Part shown: positions 8,584 through 17,026 of the stretch, one piece after another
Numbering within the stretch: the stretch's first letter is position 1
Layout: the number at the start of each line of letters is the position of its first letter
Assembly (NCBI GenBank): GCA_035624925.1
Contig: DASPQN010000073.1
Span: forward strand, 1 to 52,700
DNA from: Thermoplasmata archaeon
GTDB lineage: Archaea > Thermoplasmatota > Thermoplasmata > Lutacidiplasmatales > UBA184
Length of the DNA: 52,700 bases
Direction of reading: 5' to 3'
Notes under the pieces: generated by a model
Databases searched by the model: none
What the model was told of the DNA's origin: nothing
The model's input: the letters and a program-made list of their open reading frames with translations, nothing else
Made by a program: the position numbers and the translations under genes

Positions 8584-9669
8584 CTAAGCGTGAGGCGCGA
8601 GGACGGCGGGGCGAGCCAGCGGCGGGGATCGTGCCCCGCTCCGCGGCCCGAGCGCGACGCGAGTGCCGGTGAGCGCCACGGTCTCCGGCTCGACGCACCG
8701 GTTGATGGTGACCTCGTTCGCGATGACGAGCATCTCGAGCGCCATGACGAGGTTGCAGACGATCCGCTGAGCAGCCACAGCGGTCCGGTGGTCTGGGGCA
8801 CGCCGCGCGATGAGCTGCCCCAGGAAGGTATCCTTGGGAAGCGCCTCAGCGATCCGGTTCAGTGTCGCGTTCGCCTCCACGACGGACAGCGCTGCGAACG
8901 CATCCATCGTCCGGGTGAGCACGTCCTCGAGCCGACGCACCCGGGCGACGAGCTCGCGGGTCAGGGTGTGGGGCATGCGGAGCAGGCCCGGAAGGTTCTG
9001 CTCGAGGTCGGTCCCGATCCCGTGGATCAGGTCGCCGGTGACCTCGAGCACCTTCACTACGAGCCGCGAGCCGATCTGGTAGTGATGGCTCACCACGTCG
9101 ATGTCCCTTGCGATCTGGGGGTTGTCGGAGGAGAGCAGGAGCTGTCGGGCCATGAGGAGGTACAGCTGGTCGACCTCCTCCTCGATCCCCTCGATCCGGC
9201 CGAGCGGCGCGGCCGTGTCGCCGCCCAGGGCCGCGCGGCAGATCTGGAGCTCCTCCCGCAGCATCTCGACCACACGGTGGAGGAGCGGGGGGAGCTCGTA
9301 CTTGCTCGGGTCGATGAAGTTCTGGACCTCGACGACGGCGGCGCTCTCGCCGACCACGCTCATCCCCAACAGCCGCTCGACCACGCGGCGGACCTCCTTC
9401 CGCTGGGAGTTCGTCAGGCCCCCCCGCGCGGTCACCAGGACCTGGTCCTGCCCCGTGATGTAGCTACCGACGAGGAGCCGGCCGATCAGCGTCGGCGGGG
9501 CTCCCGACGCGTCGATGCGCAGCACCTTCTGGGGCCGTCCGTTCGGGATCCCCTCCTCGAGCCGTCCACGCCCGAGGTCGTGGGGAGCGATCATGGGGGT
9601 CTTCGGAAAGGGCGGGTCGGCTGGGCGACGGCGTCGTGCCGTGCTGACCGCCGACCCGCGGGACCCCAT
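8584..9669 (-). CDS. PhoU-domain regulator paralog A, lacking most of the AbrB/SpoVT N-terminal domain
   Basis: By eye more than 50% identical to paralog B over about 280 aa (RIDASGAPPTLIGRLLVGSYITGQD..., IEEEVDQLYLLMARQLL, SHHYQIGSRLVVKVLEVTGDL, VAAQRIVCNLVMALEMLVIANEVTINR). Only DLGRGRLEEG remains of the AbrB-like region. Alternative start 9594. Confidence 0.75.
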   Translation of the reverse strand: MGSRGSAVSTARRRRPADPPFPKTPMIAPHDLGRGRLEEGIPNGRPQKVLRIDASGAPPTLIGRLLVGSYITGQDQVLVTARGGLTNSQRKEVRRVVERLLGMSVVGESAAVVEVQNFIDPSKYELPPLLHRVVEMLREELQICRAALGGDTAAPLGRIEGIEEEVDQLYLLMARQLLLSSDNPQIARDIDVVSHHYQIGSRLVVKVLEVTGDLIHGIGTDLEQNLPGLLRMPHTLTRELVARVRRLEDVLTRTMDAFAALSVVEANATLNRIAEALPKDTFLGQLIARRAPDHRTAVAAQRIVCNLVMALEMLVIANEVTINRCVEPETVALTGTRVALGPRSGARSPPLARPAVLAPHA

Positions 9670-9707
9670 GCGCTCCCCTGCTCGCTCGGCTACCTGATCC
9701 GTCCGTC

Positions 9708-10484
9708 CTACGGGGCCGAGGCGAGGTGCCCCGGGAGGGTCGTGTTCAGGTAGAGGAGCGCGGCGATGCCCGCGAGCGCCATCATCACGATGAAGGCGAT
9801 CAGGGCCGCGTTGAAGTAGATCGGCACGTGGAACCTGCCGATGACGCCAGGGGTCGGGTCCTCAGCGCCCGAGGTGCCTGCAGGGACGACCGGCTGGACG
9901 GCGCGGCTCGCCCCGAGGAACGACGGGCGGCGGCGGGCGAGGGGGGCCTTCGAAACGAAGAGGCTGCTCTCGGGGTGGGTCTGGAAGTGGTCGACGATGA
10001 GGGTCGCCGGGAACGCGAGGACCCCCGAGAGGCCGAAGGCACCGTAGAGCAGGAACGTCTCAAGGGGATCCTTCGTCATCCCGAAGCCGTAGCCCGCGTA
10101 GCCGTAGGAGATCGTGACGCCGCCGGCCACCAGCCCGAACAGGCCCGCGAACTGCAGCTTCTGGGAGGCGGCCATCGTGACGGCCAAGACCACGAGGGTG
10201 AGCCCGAAGAGCAAGTAGACGTCAGTGAAGAAGACGTTGTAGCTCGCCATGTTGGTGTTGGGGATCGCGGGGAAGGGCCAGTTGATCTCGGCCCAGACCG
10301 CGAGAACGGTGGCGATCGCCCCAACGCTCCCCAGGGGGATCGCGCCGCTGCGGAGGGCGCTCTTCACCCCGGCCGGGTCGTTCCGACGCATCGCGAACGC
10401 CACGGTGACGCCCACGTAACAGACCATCACGGCCGCCAGCAGGAGGAGCACTTCCTGGAACGCCAGGAAATCGATGAACGCCAT
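9708..10484 (-). CDS. Polytopic membrane protein, about 258 aa (possibly DUF981-type; family not verified)
   Basis: Internal ATG of track ORF 9708..11552 (MAFIDFLAFQEVLLLLAAVMVCYVGV...), at least 6 hydrophobic helices. A perfect SD-like GGAGGTG lies 7 nt upstream of the ATG. Confidence 0.7.
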   Translation of the reverse strand: MAFIDFLAFQEVLLLLAAVMVCYVGVTVAFAMRRNDPAGVKSALRSGAIPLGSVGAIATVLAVWAEINWPFPAIPNTNMASYNVFFTDVYLLFGLTLVVLAVTMAASQKLQFAGLFGLVAGGVTISYGYAGYGFGMTKDPLETFLLYGAFGLSGVLAFPATLIVDHFQTHPESSLFVSKAPLARRRPSFLGASRAVQPVVPAGTSGAEDPTPGVIGRFHVPIYFNAALIAFIVMMALAGIAALLYLNTTLPGHLASAP

Positions 10485-10681
10485 CGTCACACCTCCAGCG
10501 GCCGCCGGCCCTGCACGTCCACCGCCGGCTTCTCGGTCGCTTCGCGCCGTACCCGCGACGGTACGCGCGCTTTTCGGCGCCAGTTCGCTCGGTCGAACAC
10601 CCGGTACTCCGCTCCTAGTCGCATGGGCTTCCTCTGGGCGACCGAACGGCATACCAGGTGATGCGGGTCCGGTCCCGGCCG

Positions 10682-10699
10682 TAAGGAGAGTAAGGAGAG
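10682..10699. repeat. Tandem 9-mer TAAGGAGAG x2 in the divergent intergenic region
   Basis: Read directly: gTAAGGAGAGTAAGGAGAGa. It is a low-GC island between the membrane-protein gene and phoU paralog B. Confidence 0.5.
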
Positions 10700-10743
10700 A
10701 GGGTCGCCCAGGCCTTTCTCGCGCGACATGGTATGGACCGACG

Positions 10744-10751
10744 ATTAATGT
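10744..10751 (+). promoter_or_regulatory. TATA-like box (ATTAATGT) upstream of PhoU paralog B
   Basis: Centred about 25 nt upstream of the ATG at 10773, which fits a leaderless start. Confidence 0.4.
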
Positions 10752-10772
10752 ACTGGAGCCCATGGACTGGCG

Positions 10773-11915
10773 ATGGTGCGTCCCCGTACTGCGAAGCCCG
10801 ACCGCGAGGAGGTCGCCGGGGGCCCCGGCTTCACACGACGGGTGCAGCGGACCGGTTCCTCGTCCCTCTCGATCACCCTCCCGAAGGCGTGGACCGACTC
10901 GATGAACCTCCAGACGGGGGACACCCTGCGCTTCCGCGACCTCGGGGAGGGTCGTCTCGAGATCAGCCCCACGCGGGGCGAGGACGCGGTCGGCTCGCGC
11001 CAGCAGCTCCTCCGCGTCGATGCGAGCGAGGCGCCGCCGCGTCTTCTCGCCCGTCTCCTCATCGGAGCGTACATCACCGGTCAGGACCGGATCCTCGTGA
11101 CGTCGAGGTCGGGGCTGACGCCGGACCAGCGCACCGAGATCCGGCGCACGGTCGCGCACGTGCTCGGCATGACGGTCGTCGAGGAGGAGTCGGGGGCGAT
11201 GGAAGTGCAGAACTTCATCGACCCCGGGAAGTACCACTTCCAGCGCCTGATGGGCCAGGTCGTTCGCATCCTGCGGACCGAATTGGAGACGTGCCGGACG
11301 GTCCTCACCGGCGGGAGCGTCGCCGCGCTCGAGCTCCTCGAACCGATGGAGGACGAGGTCGACCGGTTCTACCTCCTCATGGTGCGTCAGCTCCTCCTCG
11401 CCTCCGACGACTTCCAGATCGCCCGCGACATCGGGGTGGAGAGCCACCACTACCAGATCGGGAGCCGCCTGATCGCCAAGATCCTCGAGGTCACGGGCGA
11501 CCTCGCGTCGGGCGTCGCGGGCGAGCTCGGCCAGCACCTCGACGGTCTCCACCGGATGCCGAAGTCGGCGATCTCGGACCTCGTCGCGTTGATGACCGTC
11601 GTCGACACGTTGCTCGAGCGGACGATGGACGCCTTCAGCCGTCTCTCGGTCGTGGACGCGAACGCAACCCTGGATGAGCTCGACCGGGCCCTGTCGGCCA
11701 ACCTGACGCTCGGGGACGTTCTCGCCCGGCGCGTCGCCGACCGCCGGGTAGCGGTCGCCGCCCAGCGGATCGTCTCTAACCTCGTGATGACCCTCGAAAT
11801 GCTCGTGATCATCAACGAGCTCACGATCAATCGCAGCGTGGAACCGGAGACCGTGGCCAAGACCGACTGGAAGGTCACGATGGATTCGCGCGAGGGACGG
11901 AAAGAGCCGCGCTAG
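10773..11915 (+). CDS. AbrB/SpoVT-PhoU fusion regulator (archaeal phosphate-uptake-regulator type), paralog B
   Basis: N-terminal SSSLSITLPKAWTDSMNLQTGDTLRFRDLGEGRLEI (AbrB-like swapped-hairpin motif), followed by PhoU-like helical repeats (MEDEVDRFYLLMVRQLL, IARDIGVESHHYQIGSRLIAKILEVTGDL). Confidence 0.85.
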   Translation: MVRPRTAKPDREEVAGGPGFTRRVQRTGSSSLSITLPKAWTDSMNLQTGDTLRFRDLGEGRLEISPTRGEDAVGSRQQLLRVDASEAPPRLLARLLIGAYITGQDRILVTSRSGLTPDQRTEIRRTVAHVLGMTVVEEESGAMEVQNFIDPGKYHFQRLMGQVVRILRTELETCRTVLTGGSVAALELLEPMEDEVDRFYLLMVRQLLLASDDFQIARDIGVESHHYQIGSRLIAKILEVTGDLASGVAGELGQHLDGLHRMPKSAISDLVALMTVVDTLLERTMDAFSRLSVVDANATLDELDRALSANLTLGDVLARRVADRRVAVAAQRIVSNLVMTLEMLVIINELTINRSVEPETVAKTDWKVTMDSREGRKEPR

Positions 11916-11956
11916 TGCCGCGTCTAGCTGAGTAGTTCGAGGTTCTGGGGCTCTAG

Positions 11957-12178
11957 CGCAGGTACTTTCCCGGAGGAGGGAATGACCCTCTCCCGAGGCT
12001 GCGGGTCCGCGAGCTATCGGACGAGGAAGGCCAGGCGCTCAGCCGCCTGGTGAGGCGCACGAACGAAGCGACCGTCGCCAAGCGCGCCGTGGTCGTCCTC
12101 CACTCCTACCAGGGGTTCTCTCCGCCCAAGATCGCCTCGATGATCCTCTCAACTCCGGGGCCGCGCTCGTCGGCCTAG
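11957..12178 (+). pseudogene. Remnant of an IS630/Tc1-like transposase N-terminal HTH region. It has no start codon and no DDE domain.
   Basis: My translation: ...PRLRVRELSDEEGQALSRLVRRTNEATVAKRAVVVLHSYQGFSPPKIASMILSTPG*. The pattern L-x-EE-x-x-L-x-x-LVRR...A-x-RA-x-V-x-L...G-x-S-x-x-x-IA is typical of IS630-family ORF1. The frame opens right after a TAG and the region is preceded by several stops. Confidence 0.4.
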
Positions 12179-12400
12179 GCCGGCCGCCGACCCGCTGCCG
12201 CACGACCGGTGGACCACAGTCCCTCGCCGCTACGTAGGGGTCTCCTGGACCGGCAGCACGACGGAGGCTTATCGAGCCCCTGACCGTGCCGGTCCATCGT
12301 AGCAAATACTCGGAGGCGGATACGGGGGGAGGGGCGTTCTCGGGCTGTGCCATCAGGGGCGTTCGTCGGCGCGCGCCGCCGTGCGCCGGGAGGGCAGGGG

Positions 12401-13126
12401 ATGCAACGCGAGGCTCGGCAGGGACGTCCGGAGCTGAGCCGGCTCCGAGACCCTCTGGAACAGGACTCCGAGGCGCCGTTGTTCGTCGCCACCCTGCGCC
12501 TTCGGATCCCCCCGGACCTCTGGACCGGCGGGTTCTCGGAACGGCACCGGGCCCTTCGCCTGGAGGCCCTCAACCGGACGGACCTCACCGAGGACACCTC
12601 GATCTCCGATTACTGGATCAGCGGACATCCGCCGGGGGCCTGGGCCGCGGAGATCGAGTCGTACGCGGATGTGGTCCGGGTGGAGAGCCTCGCCGAAGTC
12701 GCCGACGGCTGTCTCTACCGGGTGACCTACCGGAATCCGCCGGTGGTCTACGCGTACCGCCGGCTGAAGCTCCCGATCCAGTTCCCGCTCCGGATCCAGG
12801 GCGGATTCATCACCTGGGAGGTCGTCGGTCGGAGGGCCGAGTTCGACGAGGTCCTCCGGTTCGCGCGGAGCCGTACGAAGGAGGTGAGCGTGGTGTCGAT
12901 ACGCCGCCGACCACTGCGTAGCCACCTGCCTCTGCTGACCGAATCCCAGCACCGACTGCTTGCCCAAGCGATGGCTGCGGGGTACTTCGCGGTACCGAGG
13001 GGGATCACCCTGACCGAGCTCGCCCGGGCGCTGGGTCGGAGCAAGTCGTCGACGTCCGAGGCGATCGCGCTGATCGAGAAGAAGCTCCTCGAGAGTGCGC
13101 TGCAGCCGACGACCGCCCCCGGGTGA
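12401..13126 (+). CDS. HTH_10 (bacterio-opsin-activator-type) DNA-binding protein
   Basis: C-terminal LTESQHRLLAQAMAAGYFAVPRGITLTELARALGRSKSSTSEAIALIEKKLL. Alternative GTG start at 12347. Confidence 0.75.
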   Translation: MQREARQGRPELSRLRDPLEQDSEAPLFVATLRLRIPPDLWTGGFSERHRALRLEALNRTDLTEDTSISDYWISGHPPGAWAAEIESYADVVRVESLAEVADGCLYRVTYRNPPVVYAYRRLKLPIQFPLRIQGGFITWEVVGRRAEFDEVLRFARSRTKEVSVVSIRRRPLRSHLPLLTESQHRLLAQAMAAGYFAVPRGITLTELARALGRSKSSTSEAIALIEKKLLESALQPTTAPG

Positions 13127-13237
13127 CCGCCTGGGGCCACGAGGCGGCCGAACCGTTTCGGGGGCCCGAACCGGTTCGGGTCGTGCTCATCCGACGAGGC
13201 GACCCTGCGGTGTAGTGCCCGTTCGGGCGGAACCGCG

Positions 13238-13933
13238 ATGCCACCCAACCTGTCCCCCGTGCGCCACCGCGCCGAGTCGATCCTCGTCCACGGCTCGGAC
13301 GAGCTGGCGATCGCCGCGGTGGCGGTCGCTCTTGCGTTGAGGGCGACGGAATCGTTCGCCTGGGCGGACTGTGCCGACCCGGGCGTGCCGTCGGCGGGCG
13401 ACTCCGCCCGGTCCTGGGTCGAAGCGCGCTCGGGGCGGCCCGCGGTGGACCCTGTCGAGGAGTCGCTCCTCCGCCCCTCGAATTCGGACCGGCAGGTTCT
13501 GCGGCAGCTCGTCGCGCCTGCCCAGGGCCTTGACGAGGCCCGGCTGCTGAACCATCTCGCGCTGCCCGAGCTGTTCCAACGGCTCGCGGCTCGGGCGATC
13601 TCCTCCGACGGCCACGGGGTGGTCCTTCTCGCGAACGTCGACGCGCTGTCGGCGACCCTGCGGGCCGAGACCCTTGAAGCCGCTCGCCTCCACCAGACCC
13701 TCCACGACGAGGGCCTGACCATGATCGTGACCTCCCGAGCCCCGCCGTCGGAAGCGATGGTCCGCACCTTCGACCGCATCTTCCGCGTGGACGTCCCGAG
13801 CAACCGGTCCTGGGAAGCGGGCTCCCTGACCGAGGTGAAGAGTGCAGCGCACGAGCGCGACGGCCCGCCGGTTCCCCTGCTGACGGCCCTGGGTCGGCTG
13901 GGCCTCGACCCGGACCGGTCCGTGCCGCGGTGA
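13238..13933 (+). CDS. Hypothetical protein, possibly a RecA/KaiC-like fold with a degenerate P-loop
   Basis: High GC3. The layout ILVHGSDELAIAAV ... VVLLANVDAL ... GLTMIVTSR resembles KaiC/RadA-like strands, but GxxGxGKT is absent. Confidence 0.5.
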   Translation: MPPNLSPVRHRAESILVHGSDELAIAAVAVALALRATESFAWADCADPGVPSAGDSARSWVEARSGRPAVDPVEESLLRPSNSDRQVLRQLVAPAQGLDEARLLNHLALPELFQRLAARAISSDGHGVVLLANVDALSATLRAETLEAARLHQTLHDEGLTMIVTSRAPPSEAMVRTFDRIFRVDVPSNRSWEAGSLTEVKSAAHERDGPPVPLLTALGRLGLDPDRSVPR

Positions 13934-14071
13934 GGCGGGACGCCCGCCCTGGCGTGCCGTGCGCGCCGATCGCCGGCTGGACCGTGGCGCCTCACCGGTC
14001 GCTTGGGACCAGGGCGCCCACACCACGGTCGACGGGAGTCGGGAGTCCCGCGCGTTCGGCGCCGATCCACC

Positions 14072-14533
14072 TCAGCGATAGCCCCCGTGACCGGGGTGGT
14101 AGAGCGGCGTCGGCTTGCTGAACGCGGCGATCAAGCCTCCGGCGACGGTGAGGCCGAGACCGATCAGAAATCCCCCGCCGCTCACGATGGAAAGTGCGCC
14201 GAGCACGACCGTAGCGACCCCTCCACCCTTTCGGTGGCCTTCCGTCTCGTGAAGGAAGAACCCGACGCCCACGATGCCCAGGCCCAGCGTGGCGCCGATC
14301 CCGCCGAGCTCGACCGCATCGCTCGGTGGGACGGCGAAGCCCACCTGGAAGACGGCTCCGCCTCCGCCCAGGAGGAGCATGCCCTCGACCACGACGAACC
14401 AGCCCCCGAGCGACGCGATGAGGAACGCGAGTGTGGGAGCTTCCAACGGCGAAGCCCGCACCCGATGTCTCGGCGGCGACGGCGGTGTCGTGGCGACCCG
14501 CGGCGGAGGCGTCGGCGGAACGGTATCGGACAT
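14072..14533 (-). CDS. Gly-rich four-TM membrane protein with a Pro-rich N-terminus (hypothetical)
   Basis: Track ORF. TM-like segments LAFLIASLGGWFVVVEGMLLLGG, IGATLGLGIVGVGFFL, VATVVLGALSIVSGGGFLIGLGLTVAGGLIAAF. Confidence 0.55.
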   Translation of the reverse strand: MSDTVPPTPPPRVATTPPSPPRHRVRASPLEAPTLAFLIASLGGWFVVVEGMLLLGGGGAVFQVGFAVPPSDAVELGGIGATLGLGIVGVGFFLHETEGHRKGGGVATVVLGALSIVSGGGFLIGLGLTVAGGLIAAFSKPTPLYHPGHGGYR

Positions 14534-14732
14534 CGATTCCGCCTACCCGACGACTGACAGAGCTGTACTTCTGCCCGTTGGCCGCAAGGGCAGAGCGGCG
14601 GACCGTGTACCGGTCCCAAGCTCATCAGCCCCAGCGACGAGCCGACCTGACCTCACCGCCGGGTTCCCCCGGCGTCTCCCTGCGAGTGGGCCGTCCGTCC
14701 GCATCCGGCCCCACCGCCGGTACCGGGCGCGA

Positions 14733-16214
14733 CTATCCCACGTCGACGGCGACCGTTTGGCACTTCGTACAGCGGGGGGACCACGGGGCGTTGATGAGGC
14801 CGCAGGCCGGACACTTCCATGCGCGGGTTCTTCCCTTGGCGAGCGGCACCGTAGGTGCCGGCGGCCGAGCAGTGTCCGGCGCCGGGGGCGGGCTGTCAGG
14901 TCGGGGGGCGGGCGGGCTGACGACCTGGGGTGCGACCTGCGGGGCGGGCGGGGGAGCTCGGTCCGCCAGCGGTGCAGCCTCGGCCCGCGGCTCCGCGCGA
15001 GGGACCGGACCGGACGCCGGCGCGCGGGTCGGTGAGGGCGCGGTCAGGGGACCCTGGGTCCGGTGCAGGCCCCGAGGTCGCGTCGAGGCGAAGCGTTCCG
15101 AGGGGAGGCCAGGCCGCGACGCCGAGCGGGGCTCCCGCGCCGCAGCCGACGGACGGGTCTCACGTTGTGACTCGGCCAGCGGTCGGGGGGCTAGGCCGGC
15201 GGCGGCCCGGGCTCCGCCGGCCGACGGTGCAGGCGGAGGCGGGCGCGCCGCGGGAGCCCGGTCAGGTCGCGGGGCGGGCGGCGCCGCTGGGGCGGAAGGC
15301 TCCGCGGGCGCCGCAGGGGTGAGCGCGGGATGGACCCCACCGGCCCACGGAGCCATCTCTGAGGGCTCCGGCCGCCAACTCCCCGCGGCCGGGCCTCGTG
15401 AGCTCGTGGGCTCAGGAGCGGGTCGCTCTGGCTCGGCGATCCTCGGCGTTGGGGCCGCCGGCCTGGAGATCCCGCGGAGCCCAAGTGGGGGTGGGGGAAG
15501 GACCACGACCGGTGTCGGGCCCGACGTCCCGGGGCCCGGCGCGGCGCCGCTCCGTTGGAGCGCGGCCGCGAGCCGGTCGGCCTGGGGCAGGACGACCCGG
15601 CCGCGACCTCCACCGGGCGGCCCTGCGGGGGCGGCGGCGAAAACCCCCTCCCACTCGGTCACCGGGGGTCTCGCGGTCAGCACGCGCTTCGCGTTGCGAG
15701 GCGCCGGCGGCGTTCCGGCGGGGAGCGACCCGGTCCATTCCGGCGGCGCCGGCGCAGGGGCGGATGCCGTGGAGACGAGCAACGCCCCGGCGGCCACGCC
15801 GGCCGCGACGCCCGCGCCCAAGCCACCGTAGGCGATCACCCCGGCCGCGCTGAGGGCGACGAGGCCGTATCCCCCGCGACGAGCGTCGAGCCAGCCCCGG
15901 AACGTGAGCACCCCGACGATCGCCATGAGGAGCCCGGCGGCCACCCCGATGGCGCAGGCCGCCAGGTAGAGCTCCGGAGAGAATCCCCAGAAAGGATGGG
16001 AGGCGCATCCCGTCCCGCCGGTGGAGGAGCGGCAATGCGCGACGTCGTCCAGCGCCGGCCTCAGGTAGAAGGCCGCGAACCCCGCGGTGGCCCCGCCGCC
16101 GGCCACGCTCAGAGCGAGGGGTGCGAGCGGGTTGCGGATGGGACCGGTGCTCCCGGCTCGCCGAGCGGTCATGCGCCTCCGCTCCCGGGGCCGGCCCGGG
16201 CCGAGAGCCCCCAC
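14733..16214 (-). CDS. Membrane protein with a roughly 300-aa Pro/Ala-rich linker and a C-terminal RanBP2/NZF-type zinc finger
   Basis: N-terminal TM helices (LAACAIGVAAGLLMAIVGVLTF, GLVALSAAGVIAYGGLGAGVAAGVAAGALLV). The C-terminal WKCPACGLINAPWSPRCTKC matches W-x-C-x2-C-x3-N-x6-C-x2-C exactly. Confidence 0.6.
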   Translation of the reverse strand: MGALGPGRPRERRRMTARRAGSTGPIRNPLAPLALSVAGGGATAGFAAFYLRPALDDVAHCRSSTGGTGCASHPFWGFSPELYLAACAIGVAAGLLMAIVGVLTFRGWLDARRGGYGLVALSAAGVIAYGGLGAGVAAGVAAGALLVSTASAPAPAPPEWTGSLPAGTPPAPRNAKRVLTARPPVTEWEGVFAAAPAGPPGGGRGRVVLPQADRLAAALQRSGAAPGPGTSGPTPVVVLPPPPLGLRGISRPAAPTPRIAEPERPAPEPTSSRGPAAGSWRPEPSEMAPWAGGVHPALTPAAPAEPSAPAAPPAPRPDRAPAARPPPPAPSAGGARAAAGLAPRPLAESQRETRPSAAAREPRSASRPGLPSERFASTRPRGLHRTQGPLTAPSPTRAPASGPVPRAEPRAEAAPLADRAPPPAPQVAPQVVSPPAPRPDSPPPAPDTARPPAPTVPLAKGRTRAWKCPACGLINAPWSPRCTKCQTVAVDVG

Positions 16215-16513
16215 CCGCTACCTGAGCGTGCCGGGTCGGTCATGCCGCTCTCCCGTGGCGGGGGGCCAACAGGGGGAGGGCCTCTCCGGAAGGGAGGGAC
16301 CCTCGGCGTGACGGCCCACCGCAGCCGGTCATGAGAGTCGTCGGTAACCCTGAACCCTCTTGGGAGTTATTGACTGCTACCGGGCCTCGAGCCGGCCCGA
16401 GCGGGGCCTCAGGCGGTTCGGTTCCGTGGTTTCTCCCCTCAGACGCCCCGTGGCGCCCACCCGAGCGGCCGCTTCGTGCGGGGTCATCGAACGACGGTCG
16501 ACGTGTAGGGAAC

Positions 16514-17026
16514 TTACAGTTCCGGGGAGGCAGGCGGCGGGCCTGCGGCGCCAGCAGACCGCCGAACCCGGACGAGCCGCTCGAGAGCCACGTCGACGTG
16601 GCGCGTCGGCCGCCAGGAACGGACCACGTCCACGATCCGACCCGTCGGGTCGAGGAGGAACGTCGTGCGTCGGGCGACGCCCAGGGCGCCCAGGACGCCG
16701 AAACGCTCGCTGATCTCCCCCTGCGTGTCCGTGATCAGGTCGAACGGAAGGTCGCACTTCTCGCGGAAACGGCGCTGGGCGTCGGGTCCGTCGACGCTGA
16801 TGCCGACGACGCGGACCCCGGCGGCCTCGAACTCGGCGTGGTGGCGGGCGAACCCACGGGACTCGATCGAGCAGCCCGGACTCCCTGCCTTCGGGTAGAA
16901 GAAGAGGACCGTAGCCCGACCGAGGAGGCCTCCGGTCGTGACCACCGCGCCGGCATCGGTGGCGCCCGAGAACTCCGGGACCAGGTCGCCGGCGCGGGGC
17001 GGCCGGCGGCGTGGCGCGTCGGTCAT
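16514..17026 (-). CDS. bcp: Thiol peroxidase / peroxiredoxin, Bcp (PrxQ) type
   Basis: Internal ATG of track ORF 16514..17521. Motifs LFFYPKAGSPGCSIE, VVGISVDGPDAQRRFREKCDLPFDLITD, RTTFLLDPTGRI. The ATG overlaps the upstream stop (ATGA, 17023-17026). Confidence 0.8.
   Translation of the reverse strand: MTDAPRRRPPRAGDLVPEFSGATDAGAVVTTGGLLGRATVLFFYPKAGSPGCSIESRGFARHHAEFEAAGVRVVGISVDGPDAQRRFREKCDLPFDLITDTQGEISERFGVLGALGVARRTTFLLDPTGRIVDVVRSWRPTRHVDVALERLVRVRRSAGAAGPPPASPEL

Noticed and set aside
10485-11552. N-terminal 356 aa of the 614-aa minus-strand ORF 9708..11552
   Set aside because: This part lies antisense to the AbrB-PhoU gene (10773..11915) and is low-complexity. The real gene is the C-terminal membrane protein, which starts at ATG 10484 behind a GGAGGTG SD.
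14431-15831. 466-aa plus-strand ORF and other Ala/Gly/Arg-rich ORFs across 14.2-16.3 kb
   Set aside because: They are antisense to the minus-strand membrane/zinc-finger gene. That minus-strand gene is itself low-complexity in the middle, but it is bracketed by real TM helices and an exact zinc-finger motif.
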